The notes below the pieces were generated by a model. That model did not search any database and had not been told where the DNA came from. It saw only the letters and a program-made list of their open reading frames with translations. Shown here in pieces: positions 1-12,747 of a stretch of 64,000 nt of DNA. A program made the position numbers and the translations under genes. Origin of the DNA: Ramazzottius varieornatus (Eukaryota > Animalia > Tardigrada); NCBI GenBank assembly GCA_001949185.1, contig BDGG01000005.1:2035249-2099248 (forward strand), given 5' to 3'. Every line of letters starts with the position of its first letter. The first letter of the stretch is position 1.

Positions 1-1044
1 GAAGTTGCCTTCTGCAAAAACGATCCCCAGGACCAACTTCCAGAACTGTTCCCGGAACCTGCAGCAACAGTAGTCTTTTGTTGAGCATCTGGATCGGGTT
101 TGACCTCTGCAATAACGGGGTCATCTTTGTTCCTGCAATGAATCCACGAAGACGCATCAGTCACAAGCTTAATCCTAATGACTGCATAAAACCTACTTGG
201 ACGAAACTGGAGATGCGTTCTCTGGTACTTCATTGGAGCCCTCCATCATGGTCAATTCTGCAACAAAGAAGTAGTGTAGTTTAGCACGGAATACTCCCAT
301 GTATACGAGGAGGATAATTACAGCGACAGCGGATTTCAAATTCCAAAACTTGAGATGCGTCAGCTGATCCTTACGAGCGAAAGTTGATTGTTCCGTATGC
401 CAAGACGCCTGATGACGACGAGCAGGAAGATCCCCAGTTTATCCTTGATACGACGAGGACCAGAAGGAACCTGTGGGGGAAAGTAGTTCAGAGTTGAGAG
501 TACGTTCAAGGGGTTCCGAATGGCAACTTCTGAAGTGTAAACACTGGCAGTCTGACAACGCTTTGTTCATGACATGACAATCATGACAGGACACTCACAC
601 ATGTCAGCTGACTTCCGTCTTGGCCTTACATACGCATGTCCAAATTACCAACTGGCTCAAATCTCTACGGAAAATCAAATTCGGTATTCCGGCCTACCAA
701 CAGTGGAAAGCCCACGACGACGACGACGTTATCACTTCGTAACCTTTGTTGTATATATGAGTGCCACAAGTTTGTCAACATCAACTAGATCATCTCATCC
801 GTTGTGCGGGGCGCCTGAAGATCATCGAAAGCTCGGCTGAAAAGACCTGAGGAAACAACTGGACGTCCTTATCCATCGGAAACCAACCTTTCGTTGTATC
901 ATAATCCTCAGCCGTGTTACATATATATCAGTTTCTACTCTTACTGTGTACTCAACGGGTCGTCCTGGTGTTTCCTCGAGGACTATAAACGGAAGTGAAA
1001 GAGGACGGTGGGACCATCTAGACGCTGTGGCAAGATAGTCTACC

Positions 1045-4000
1045 ATGGCCTTCTCCACCACACGGTCAAAGACGAAGAAGTCCGCTGGAGCAAATGGAAA
1101 AGAAAACGATGCACAGAGCTCTGTTATGCAGCAATTGCTGGATCACTCCTCAGAATCAGAACACTGCCAGCCTTCCGTCAATCTAGAATCACTAGACGAA
1201 TATGGATTTCCTCAAGGAACGGTTGTACAGGCATACCAATATTCCTCCCCGAGACACCATATCGGTAAATATAATGTATATTATACTGTTCTGCTAACTG
1301 AGTGCTTCTATCGTATAACTATGTTGTTTCTTCGAATTTTAGATAGCGATGCTTCCTATGATGAAACGAAAAAGCTCACGATATGCCCCGACTCAGTTCC
1401 CAGCGGTATCTCTCCGTTTGATGCCGTCAACTATCCGCAAGCCAAGTTGTCGACTACGAACAGGCCGAACCTTCAAAATGACCAAAACCTTCCTCGTGCA
1501 CCTCCCCAGTATGCTACTCTGTCCAACGCGACCTCACGGGGGTTTTATCCTTCCAGCTCCCGTGGTACACCTCAAGCATCTTACTCTCGCGGGAATGGGG
1601 GACCTTCTCCACGTGGCATAAAGCAGTATTCGCTCAGCAATAAGGCACTTCCGCCCAAGTTTCCTTCGCAGTATTCAAGACTCTCGCCTCAGTCTCAGCT
1701 GGGCTGTGATACAGTGTCGCCTCTAGGTACCGTAATGACATCTTCATTCTTCACAATACAGCACCGCAGTAGGATTTCGGTGTGAGATTTTTCGTCCTTT
1801 CAGCTGTGAATGTCCCCAAGATGCAGACGCCTCCTGCTCCCGCACGGAGAACTCCAAAACCTGTACGAAGTGTTTTCGTGCATAATATGACATACACGTG
1901 CATAATATGACATGCTCAAGTATCAGCTTATGTATGACTTTTGTCTTTGTTGACAGTGCTTCGAAGCATATGTTGGTGTCGAGAGGAAGGATGCCGGACT
2001 GAAAGTTGGCCTGTTCGAGCAGGGACAGTTGGTGATTAGTCCAAAGTCTCCTGATCAAGCCTATGTTCGGGTGCCCGGAAAGGTATCTTTTCTTTTCTTC
2101 TTGTTGTCCGTTCTTGTAGCCCCACGCTAAAGGGCTATACAAATTCTACTGCATATCCGAATTGCGGTATTTTGGTTTGCAGTTGAACGAAGATATCAAC
2201 ATTTCCGGTGCGAAGCATCGCAACCGAGCTTTGAATGGCGACATTGTCGTTGTTGAAGTCTTCCCTAAGAGCTTATGGAAGGTACGTGCAGTTACGATAT
2301 GTTTATGTTTTGGAACTTGCGTAAGTGTTGTGATGTAATGAGAAAGCTCAAGTTTGACATTTTCTGGATTTTCTTTCGCGTAGATTCGTCCGGATTGTGT
2401 GGAAACTGTACAAGCCGAGTTGGGTATCGAAAGTCTCGGCGATTGCAAGTCCAAAGACGATATTCAGAGGCTTATCGTCACTAACAAGAAGGCTACCGAA
2501 GTACTGAATATTGACGCCATCGAGATCGACGCGCTGAAATCGGGCAGTTCCGATGACTCGGCTGACTGGGAGCCTTGCACTCCCCCAGCTCCCTCGACTT
2601 CGCAGGACACCAAAGTTTTCGCCACCGTGCTGAAGAAAGAGAACGAGAAGAATGTGCAAAAGAACGCGAAGAAAAGCACGCCGCGAAAGCCAGCACAAAA
2701 GCAGGGCGAGAAATGGATGGATATTTTGGTTGAGAATGTCGGCTTGGAAAACATCCCAGAAAAATGGCTGCAGAAAACCGGAAAAGTAATTTCAAGATCC
2801 AGTGTCACGAAGAACTGTAAAGTCGTTTTCCAAATACATGGAACCTGGCGAAAGTGGAGAATAGGAATCTGAGCAAACAAACTCGACCCGGTTGATTTTC
2901 CAAGTGACGCACGCTTCTAGCCAGTAACATCGAAAACATGCGCCACTTGTGACACAATCATGTCGAGTTGGTTTGCCGAGTTGCCGAATACTAAATCATT
3001 TATTTTTCTAGAATGAAATCATAGCAGTGGGCTTTAACTTCTCTGCATTGTCACTATAGGTTGTGTTCATTGCGGAGATGAAAGGTCCTCGTAAGGTTGT
3101 CGGTAACTTGATCTACAGTAGCGAGACCAGAACGGGCGAGGTTCCTCGCATCATGGTAAAGCCATGTGATGCTCGCATGCCTCTTGTTTGGATACCGCAT
3201 AGAGCGATTCCCCCGGAAATGAAGAGCGACGTTCTAGCGCAGAAAGGCCGGAAGGATCTGCTGTACCTGGCGGAAATTGTGGAGTGGAGGGATTACCAGT
3301 ACGACCCATATGCGTAAGTTTGTTTCTTTCGTGCTTCTGCAGAGTGACGTTCCATGCAGTGGAAAGTTTTAGTTTACACTTTTTGGCTGGTTTCATAGGA
3401 AACTCATAAGATGCATTGGAACGTCCGGAAACATCGACTCGTTCACCGCGATTATGATGACGGAGAATGGAGTCGAGGAGGAGGACTTCTCGGCCAAGAT
3501 AACAAAGGAGCTGATTCGATCCAACCGGATTGTTTCGTGCGAAGTATGTCCGAAGATGATCAGTTGATAGCTCGTCCAGTGTGCATGTGTAAGGTTGATA
3601 TTTTCTGGTTTGCAGAAGGAACAGAGAACAGATTTCCGAAATAACTGCGTCTTCACCATCGACCCACCTGACGCGAAAGACCTCGACGATGCGGTCTCTT
3701 GCGAAAGGCTGGGTAACGGAGTTTACAGAGTCGGCGTCCACATTTCCGATGTGAGCTACGTGATTCCGGAAGGCTGTGAGCTGGACAAGTATGCTGCCGA
3801 ACGAGGCACCACCGTCTACATGATCAACAAGGCAACTTTTCCTCGAAATGGGAGCTCGGCAAATAAAGTCGATAATAATTTTCCCAAGTGGCAAATGCTT
3901 TCAGCCAATAACACTACAATCATGCGCCACTTAGAAAAACTGTTTTATCGAATTTGTGTGCTAAGCTCTCAAATTACTGATCTTCGCTTAAAACTAATCC

Positions 4001-5638
4001 TCATCGAATCAACTTCTGGTATATGGTTTGTAGGTTGTTCATATGCTTCCTCCGAAGCTGATAGAAGCCACTTGTTCGCTCGATCCAGGCGTTGATCGGC
4101 GAACTCTCTCAGCCATCTTCACCATGACGGAAGAGGGCGACATGCTGGACTACCAAGTGGTGCGCGGTGTCATTCGCAGCTGTGCCAAGTTGTCATACCG
4201 TCAAGCTCAGGACATCATCGACGGAAAAGAGGCTGCTCAAGTTCTCGATGGCGTGGTGGCTCCTCGAGCCATGATGGAAAGCGTAAAGGACACCATCACG
4301 GACCTGCATGCCATCACTCAAGCCATGCGTGCCCTGCGCAGCGAAAAAGGTACGCTTAACCTAGCTCAATCTCGAGTATTCTGATTGTCATTTCGTTCGG
4401 TTATACTGATCTTACAGTTTTCATCTCGTTTAGGTTGCTTGAGAATCGACCAGCCGGAATTCTACTTCCAGCTCGACGAAGCCCGAATGCCAACCACCAT
4501 GCAAGTGCGGGAACATTGGCAGAGCTGTCAACTGATCGAAGAACTCGCTCTGTTGACTAACCAAATCACCGCCAAGATGATTTTTGATGTAAGACCGCTC
4601 TCGTATATTTTATGCGGAGCCAGCAAACGAAGCGTGCAGGGCTGTTAGTTCAAGTGGCGCACGTTTTCATTGTAATTAGCTGCACGCGTGCGCCACTTGG
4701 GCCAGCGATCTTGTGCGTCTCGTCTGCCGGTCTCCCGGATGCCTTTTCGATGAAGTACGTATTAATCAGTTGATTGTTATAGCGGTGTCCGGAAGTGGCG
4801 TTGTTGAGACGTCATCCCGAGCCTCTCGACTCCGCCATGCAGTCCATGCAGAAACTCTGCACGTTAGAAAGCATGCCAATGAGTATCGAGTGCGCCAAGA
4901 GCATTCAGAACTCTATGTCCGAGATTGTCCAGAAGCGTCCCGACCTCCTTCCAGTCATCAGTTACCTCTGCGCAAAACCCATGAAGCTGGCAGAGTATTG
5001 TTGTACAGGCGCTCAGTCCGACACTTGGCACTACGCCTTAGGTGTCGAACACTACACCCATATGACTTCACCCATCAGACGATATGCTGACATCATTGTA
5101 CACAGGCTCTTGTCGGCACTCCTAGGGTACACGAAGTTAAACAGTCTCACTATGGAAAGAGTCCAGGACATTGCGGGGGTGTGTAACGAGAGAAAGTACG
5201 CGGCCAAGCGCTGCCAGGAAGCCAGTAACACGCTGTATATGGGACTGTATATCAGTCGACATGGTCCGCTGGTGGAAGATGGCGTGGTGGTGGCTGTGTA
5301 TGGAGCGAGTCTGTCTGTGGATATCCTCGTGCCGAGATTGGCGGTGGCGCAAAGGGTGTTTGTACGGAAGGTACCGGGTGTGGAGAGGGTGACGCATAGG
5401 GTCGTGGACCAGAGACATTTTCTCGATGTGGTGTGGAAAAGGGGGAATGTGAAACAGACGCTGACTGTGTGGAAGGATGTGAAAGCTGTGGTATCAGTGG
5501 CTTTTGAAGAAGTTCGGAATATTAAGGTGAGAGACACTTTTTGAATTTACTCTCTTTGGCTATTCCTTCAAGGCTCTTTTATCTTTGCAGTTGTCTCTCC
5601 AGCAACCTGGAGTGAAACCCCCTCAAGTGCCTCTGTGA
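1045..5638 (+). CDS. DIS3L2: DIS3-like exonuclease 2 (RNase II/RNB family), multi-exon
   Basis: Exons encode [36 protein letters not shown], the intact catalytic motif [14 protein letters not shown] and the RNB signature [21 protein letters not shown]. No PIN domain; low-complexity N-terminus. Last exon 5591-5638. Confidence 0.9.
2863..2985. mobile_element. Palindromic element family A (DIS3L2 intron)
   Basis: CAAGTGACGCAC..ATGCGCCACTTG core; GAAT on both flanks. Confidence 0.8.
3850..3970. mobile_element. Palindromic element family A (DIS3L2 intron)
   Basis: GGGAGCTCGGC..GCTAAGCTCTC termini; AAAT on both flanks. Confidence 0.85.
4614..4736. mobile_element. Palindromic element family A (DIS3L2 intron)
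   Basis: CAAGTGGCGCAC-N25-GTGCGCCACTTG. Confidence 0.85.
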
Positions 5639-7644
5639 TAGGACCCCGGTGATGCTTTTATACCTCTGGAAAACTGCTCACAAAATGCATGTTTTTTATC
5701 CGTATTTATTAGCTCAGTCTTTGCAAATGTCCTAAATACTCCATGTTGGTGTTTCATTATTCGACCGGACGGCCCGCGTTTCTATCGTTTCAGTTTGACG
5801 TGGTGTTGGGTTTGCATGTTTTCTATTCATGGAATTTTTTCTACAATGTTTCGTTGTCGATTTTATCCTGTTGGTCATTTTAGTGACTGAAGGGCTCTTG
5901 ATTGCAGTTTTGGAAAATGTAAAAAATAATGTTCGTGGTTCGCAGGGTCCCTGTTTCCGCATGCGAAGATGATGAACACCTGATGAACATTAATTTCACC
6001 AGGAGAAGTAAGGAAGGCCATCTGCTTTCTGGGAAGGGCCATGTGGTACATTTCTTGTCCCTATATATCCAGAGCACCAAGCAGACAAAAGCCGGGCGAA
6101 GTACAGAGTGAAGCCTTAAAGAAGAGCTTTACAGTATGTTCGATCTACCCATTGTCACAGTCCGTGCCTGGTTCGTCGTTCATCGGCAAAACTTGACGAC
6201 AAGGTCACAACATAAGAAGATGGGAAATGGTCCGTTGAAACGTTCCTCGATGTAATGCATTGTTTCGGTAGCGAAAGTCTGGGATAGACTGACTGCAAGT
6301 GCGAGCATTCCGCGAATCTAGGAACTTGTTTCGAGATCAAGAGCTAGGTGAGTTCGAATTCTTGGACCCTGGTGAATATTAGTTTTCAAGTTTAGTATAA
6401 TGTACGTGTACTTCCGTGTTAGAATGATCGATTGACAGCGGTAAAAACAACAATACTGACAGACGAAGAAAGTCCCCTGGGGACCAATCTCCCAGCTTTC
6501 AGTCGACCCGGGGCATTTTCTCCTTCACGAGATCGTCAGTTCCTCGTTCATCTGAGTAATGATCACTTCCAGTGTTTCACAGCACAGCCAGACGGACGAA
6601 CACGGTTTAAAGCATGAGGTTAATCCACATGTTTCCTTTTACACCGCCAAGTCATTGAAGTCTTCTCCAGGATCGGGAGTTTTGGACCTACAATGCGGAT
6701 GGCTTTCTATGCTGCACCCCCACGACCAACGATGCCTTTCGGGATGCATGGAAGACGGAGTGCTGGAAACGCTAATTCGTATGGTCGACAACTGGACTGC
6801 TATACTCCCTAATAATGGAGCCATGGAACGACTCTAGCAACCTACAACCGTTAAATGGGTTGGAACTGCCTCCAGGAATGGTTTTAGAAATTGAAACAGA
6901 CGGTTCGTCGAACTTGATACGGTAAATGAGCTCGTTATGCTGAATTGCTGCCACACACAGTAAGTACAGCTAGTAGATAAAATTGTCAATATTTCAGGGA
7001 ATCATGTCATATCCCATCCTGGTGGCACAACAGTCCACACAAATCAGTACGATCCTTTGACGAATACCTATTCTCCTGTCAATTCCTGCAATCTCCCACA
7101 GCCCGGATGGATCAGACATCCTTCCGGCGGTCGATTAGCACATCCAAGTCTACTCTATGGTGTCCGCCAGCCTTCCTCTCATCGTCGAGCTGTCCCCTGC
7201 AAGATATACCTACGAGGCCTCGCACCACATTCTACCATGGATCTCAACATGCATGTCCCTCTAACATGAACACACCAGCTGCCACAAGCACTGTGCAGGC
7301 GAACCTCGGTGCAGCACAAAATTTGATACAGATACTATATCGAAACTCGGCCTTCCTCCCACTACTGGCACCGTACTTGTCTCCCAGACCTTCCCTTCAG
7401 TCGACTGGCGAAACTGGGACAAACAGGCGGACGCCAATAACAGTAGCCAGTAGGTTTCGTTTGTTTGAGAGCGATAGACGTATTAATGTGATCGATTATA
7501 ATTAAATTTGTTGTTTAATAGGTCCTCCGCCAGGTATCAAAGTACCTGCATTCATCACCCAAGTAGCTCTAACAGCGGTAAGAATTGTCATCGAGAGCAT
7601 AATGCAGTGGAATACTTGGAGATTTATACGTTCGTTGTTTGTAG

Positions 7645-9470
7645 ATATACGAGTCTTACGTCCGTGTCGAACAAAAGGACGCTGGGTTGGCAGCGGGATT
7701 ATACGCACAGGGAGTTTTGGAAATCAGGTCTGCCCAAAATGCTGTGGTGCGATGTCCTGGAATGGTGAGACATAATTTGTATATTATTGACTGTGTATCG
7801 TCGTTTATTGCCTTTTGTCCTCTTATTACAAAAGTATGTGTTTTGTGATCAGGGAAGCGTTAGCGTTTCCGGAGCGATGCCTCGAAATTCGAGCCTTGGA
7901 CGGAGACGCTGTCGTTGTTGAAATTCTTCCAACGAAAGGAAGTCAAAAGCACGGTAAAGTAAGTATGAAATATTGAGATTTCTGCTTCATTGCCCCGGTT
8001 CTCCACTTCGTTATTCAAGGTTCTTAGCGTAGGTAGTATTCGTCTCGGAAATGTCGGGAACACGACAAGTCATCGGTACATTAACCAGGAAGGGAAGAAA
8101 GAACGCAGCGACGCCCCTGCAGAGGATCCAGCTGACGATGAAGCCACTAGATAGACTTCGTTTTCCTATGATCAGAATTCCATTCACCGCCGTTCCTGAT
8201 GGTTTGAAAACCACAGTTTTGGACCAACGGGGAAACAAGAGAGTTAAATATCTGGCGGAAGTTACGGAATGGGCGGTCTACCAAAAAGATCCAGTCGCGT
8301 ACGAGGTCCAAATTCAGCCCTTTGGCTACGGTAGCACAAGGCTGTGTTCAGCACAGCCTTGACGGGCATATGCGTAGAAAAGTGGCAAAATTTGACAACG
8401 CATTGTGCCTTGCAGGCGAATAATAACATGCCTGAATCCGGAGCGCTTGCGGACACTGGGCACTGCGAACGGGTCCTCCGCAAGTGCCGACTCGGATGAT
8501 GAAGTGGAGGAAGATGAGTCTTCTATCCAGACCACGGAAGAAGCAGACTCTGCGATCACAGAGAGCTCATCCAAGGTACCCCGAAATGGATGTTTATTGC
8601 TCTGTGGAATGTGGCTCGGTATCGGTGTGCGAAAAGATGTGACGAGAGCTGATAGTTTATGATGGTGTTTGCTTCTGCTTTAGAAGGAACAGCGAGAAGA
8701 TTTCCGCGACGACTTTACCTTGAGTATCGAGCAAGCGGATGGCAAAAGTCGACCGCATGCCTTGTCCTGCAGAAGCCTGGGCCATGAAGTTTTCCGCGTG
8801 GGCATCCACATTTGCGATGTACGTCGATTACGTGGCGTGAAGTGAAATATGTAATTGGTAATTCGAACACAAGGCGTTGCCTGTTTTCGTACTGACAGAT
8901 GGCGAGTCATGTATCGGCATCAGCTGAGGCGTCCTGCTTCTGGGATCCCAGTACAGATTGCCGTGCTCATTCCGCTGTCTTCACGATAACCGGCGAAGGT
9001 GACGTGCTAGATTATCGGGAAGCGCAGGGTGATATCCGAAGCTGTTCCAAGCTCTGTCACCGTGAAGCTCCGGACATGATTGACGAGCCAAAAGAAGCGC
9101 TACGGCAATTTTCAAGGAGCGCGTGGTTCGTTAGACTCAACGGAGCTGATTACAAAGACCGTTAAGGACTTACATGCCATTACGCGTGCCTTACGCTCGC
9201 AAAAACTTCAGAAGGGTAAATTAGCGCATGTAGAAATTACACTTGTTTAGAACAATCTGCCATCTTATTTTACGTCTTAGTGTGATATTGAGTATGTTTT
9301 TCCCCCAGAAACGTCGAAGGCTGAAAAATCGGAGTCTCCAGCAGATTTAAATAATGGAGCGAGCGTTGCGCCCGAGCCATGGACCAGCGGTCAGCTAGTT
9401 CAAGAGCTGGAGCTACTGGCTAAGACGGTGTCACGGCTCGAATAATATGCCGTGGGTGTGAGCTATCCGG
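7645..9470 (+). pseudogene. Degenerate tandem paralog of DIS3L2
   Basis: Exon-by-exon similarity to the upstream gene (IYESYVRVEQKDAGL; RALDGDAVVVEILP; KYLAEVTEWAVYQKDP; EQREDFRDD..FRVGIHICDV; GDVLDY..IRSCSKL; DLHAITRALR). A 1-nt frameshift near 7889 and another near 9090-9140; catalytic Asp residues absent; truncated before the RNB C-terminus. Confidence 0.8.
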
Positions 9471-9816
9471 TAAGATTGAGTTGTGTTGAAAGTCTTTACT
9501 CATTCTAATTGCATCATGTAGTTTAATGCTCTAGTAATCGTTACAGCGTTACCCGAGCAGAATCTCCGAAGCGGCCAGTTAAGACCCTGTAACCGTGAGA
9601 CCGACAACAGAGCGGTCCGCCCGAATCGCTTGCTTCCCCGGTTAAGGATGCGTCTAGGCAATCTCAGTTAGCATATCGAATCTTGCTTAGTCTGTATTTA
9701 ATATTGCGCAGTATTTTCGAAATTTTAATGCTGTTGTGCTTTTTTGTTCCTTCAAATTTATACAAGCCTAGAATAGCTCTTGCTTGTTGTCGAACGGTGT
9801 TCGCTTCTTTTATTTC

Positions 9817-11360
9817 TTAGCATGGGTTGTTCTTGAGAGCGGAGAGAAGTTGTTGAGTAAACTGAAACAGAGTGACAGAAAATCCATTCGTTAGTTACGA
9901 AGCATGAATCGTTGAATAATGTTTAGTGCACTCTGTAGGGTACAATACTTACAATTTCTAGAAGGCGAGGACCCGGATGGACCTGGTCACGGTACCAGTG
10001 AGGCTTCGCTAGAGCGACGTCGTGGGCCGACGTCCACACAGGAATGTTGTGCTTGTCAGCAACTTCCATGGCGATGTCGCCAAAGCGTTCAACGATCACT
10101 CGTGTGCTCTCGGTTGTTGTGAAAACGAATGTTCGGTTCGCGGACTTTGGATGTCCTGGCACTACAAAGCCAAGACGTTCGCTGAGATCCGGGGTGGAAT
10201 ACACAATACATCGCAGCGTTTTACACTTACGTGTCCGCAGCCATACAACGTCCGACTTGTTCTGAATGGAGACGAACCCTTCGGCTACATAATCCATACT
10301 GCCTGGAAGGTAGAAAGCGTTTTTTCTTGGTGAAAAACCCTTAAATCTGTCGGGATTTTCCGGGAGGTTTAGCTGTAGAACCCGGAACGTACACGTACCG
10401 TTAAAGCGGGCTGCCCCTGCTCCTCCGTCGTGGTAAACTGACCACTGTGACCCAACAAGTCCTTTGTTATCCCTTGAGCGTTCGGGTGCGCGAAGAATTT
10501 TGAAAACGTACGGCTTACCACTCCGATTTGAACAAAGATGTACTGGGGAACCTCCACTTCCGGTCGTCGCCACTTCCGTAAAAGTCGTTTCAGTCGACCA
10601 TCCGGATATCGGCACCAGTAGAAATCCTATTTGGGTGTAGGTGAGAACCATAAATTAAACAGTGATGGAAATTGAGAAAGAGAACGGAATTTACCAAGCG
10701 AGCTTTGCGCCGATGGTCGACGAAGCTTTGGTCTTCCGAGAATGCCCAGGGTGAGAAGGTCTTGTTGTGCAGGCGGCTTCGGAGGTATACGAAGAGGTCT
10801 CTCATTCTGGAATCTCCGATCAAAGCCATGTTCTTGCCGGATAAAACTTTACCCACATCGGCGGAAGAAGCCTCATCAGATGTGTCGGTCAGGTTGACGT
10901 CTGTCAGATATTTAAGGCACATGGCATGCGGAAGAGGGTACAACGACGCATTAGCGATCTGAAAGGAAGGTACACGTTCCTGGCCTAAATGNNNNNNNNN
11001 NNNNNNNNNNNNNNNNNNNNNNNNNNNNNNNNNNNNNNNNNATCGAAGCAGAGTCGCTTTCGCTCCGTTCCCCATATTTTTGTCCATCCCCACATTTAGG
11101 CCAGGCGCGTGTACCGGTTGTGGGTAGCAGGGTCAAATTTGAATTCCATTGTACCCTACCGACATTCTGAACTGTTCTCTTGGCTTGTCTACGTAGGAGT
11201 GGAATCCATCAGTTAGCCATATGGTGGACAAGAGGCCCTTCTTGGAGCTGATGACTATTCCGCACAGAAGCAAACCGACCATGGAACACAGAAGTCCAGC
11301 ATTTCCTTGTGGGCTGAAACTGTAGATCTGCCGAGCGAAATTTACAAGTCTGGAAAGCAT
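9817..11360 (-). CDS. SGNH/PC-esterase-like (TBL/CASD1-type) putative glycan O-acetyltransferase/esterase, copy 1
   Basis: N-terminal hydrophobic anchor, KNMALIGDSRMRDLF (GDS motif) and YRDQVHPG (DxxH motif) joined through GT-AG introns. Start uncertain (11360 or 11483). Confidence 0.7.
10969..11115. mobile_element. Inverted-repeat element spanning an assembly gap (SGNH copy 1 intron)
   Basis: GGTACACGTTCCTGGCCTAAATG..CATTTAGGCCAGGCGCGTGTACC; TA-CACG..CGTG-TA ends. Confidence 0.65.
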
Positions 11361-11531
11361 ACAGGCATCTAATTCCGTTAGGAAACCGACAGTGTGAAGC
11401 AAGCCTCTATCACTAGCCACTGTTTGGAACAAAATGAGAACAGTCAGAGACCTCAATTTGCGGAAATCATTGGCCCATGTCATATCCGTGATTCCGTGTC
11501 GCAGTATAAGAAACAACAAACTTTCCTAACT

Positions 11532-12494
11532 TCATGAAAAGTGATACTGTAAATAAAACCACTCGTTTCCACTGCCATCGAAATAAGGCTGAGGTCTAAC
11601 CAAATCAATGATATCCGGATGGAGAACGGCCACACTAGCCATCACATTCTGATCTTTCCCCACGAAACGCCCAGCAGCAATCATCCGCCCCATGACGTCA
11701 TAATAGATCTGCCGCCAGGTAATCCAGCTAAGCTTGTGCCCCGCTATCACCGTTCCTCCCACCCGATTCACACCCTTGAAGTCAAACACCGGCAGATCGT
11801 ACTTATCCGTCTCATACTCTTCCCTCGAAAAATTACCCGTTTGCAAAAATAATAATTTGTTCTCATTCAACAATATCATTTTCTCTGGATTAGGGAAAGA
11901 CTTTAAGGCAGTCGCCTGTTTGAAGGTTCGGAACGAGCCAATATCACACCAGACGAAATAGCTAGTGTCGAATGGATTATGGCTGATGGCTTCATTGACG
12001 AGGCGGAACTTTTCGTTCCACATGATATACAGGTTCTCATTGTGTTTCTGCTTGTCCTTTTCCGGGTCGAGCTTCAGCTGCGCACGCCACACCGTCATAT
12101 CTTTGGCCAGGGCGAAGTCGGTAAAGTTCTTGAGGATGTAATAAGTGAGGTGGGAGTAAGGCTGGCGGTAACGTTTGAGGATAGGAAGCATCTCATTGTC
12201 GGTGAATATGACAAGCCGGCAGGGAATCTGCGAGAGGAAGTTCTTCATCCATTGGATGTACTTGCTGTGAGGATGCTTGGACTTGAACATGTAATAGGCT
12301 GTGACAACGGTGGCTTCTCCTAACGTCCTGGTTGCTGCCGTACCTTGTGCTCCAGGAACTTGCGGGATAGTTTGTCTCCTTTGTATGACTCCAAATAAAC
12401 TTATGGACGATAGAATGGTAGCAAGGAGTAAAGGACGGACTGAGTAATGCTGGCTGTAAAGGCTCCTCGCGCGCAACAACGCTCTGTAGAACAT
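11532..12494 (-). CDS. HtrL/YibB-family protein (putative glycosyltransferase-like), single exon, type II membrane anchor
   Basis: Uninterrupted ORF with motifs TVVTAYY, LVIFTD, YIMWNEKF, NPFDTSYFVWCDIG and GKDQ that I recognise as HtrL_YibB-like; TM segment near the N-terminus. Confidence 0.65.
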   Translation of the reverse strand: MFYRALLRARSLYSQHYSVRPLLLATILSSISLFGVIQRRQTIPQVPGAQGTAATRTLGEATVVTAYYMFKSKHPHSKYIQWMKNFLSQIPCRLVIFTDNEMLPILKRYRQPYSHLTYYILKNFTDFALAKDMTVWRAQLKLDPEKDKQKHNENLYIMWNEKFRLVNEAISHNPFDTSYFVWCDIGSFRTFKQATALKSFPNPEKMILLNENKLLFLQTGNFSREEYETDKYDLPVFDFKGVNRVGGTVIAGHKLSWITWRQIYYDVMGRMIAAGRFVGKDQNVMASVAVLHPDIIDLVRPQPYFDGSGNEWFYLQYHFS

Positions 12495-12747
12495 TCCAGA
12501 ATTTGAAACAGTCAAACGGTCTTTAGCGTCCTTCTTTAAAAAGAAATGTTCGTTGTTTGAGCTGTTCAGAGATACAATCGTTACTTTGCTGCATGGTAGG
12601 CTCGCTCCGTGGCCACATCACACTTTACACGCGATGCTTACGTTTTGCTACGGTTTTTCGGTCCATGAATTTTTGTGTAGTGAGCAGCAGCACATTGATG
12701 ACATCTCTCAAGTTGCCTTTAAAGCTTTCTGCTCTCACCGGTAGAAA

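Noticed and set aside
1-600. Possible 5' exons of a minus-strand gene running off the window start
   Set aside because: Splice-like signals are present, but the frame and product could not be determined.
3151-3894. Long antisense ORFs such as 3151-3894, 5052-5537 and 52305-52778
   Set aside because: They are shadow frames of real genes with no recognisable motifs.
9923-10651. 242-aa ORF read as a single exon
   Set aside because: It reads through introns. Similarity to the other SGNH paralogs shows the first real exon is in a different frame.
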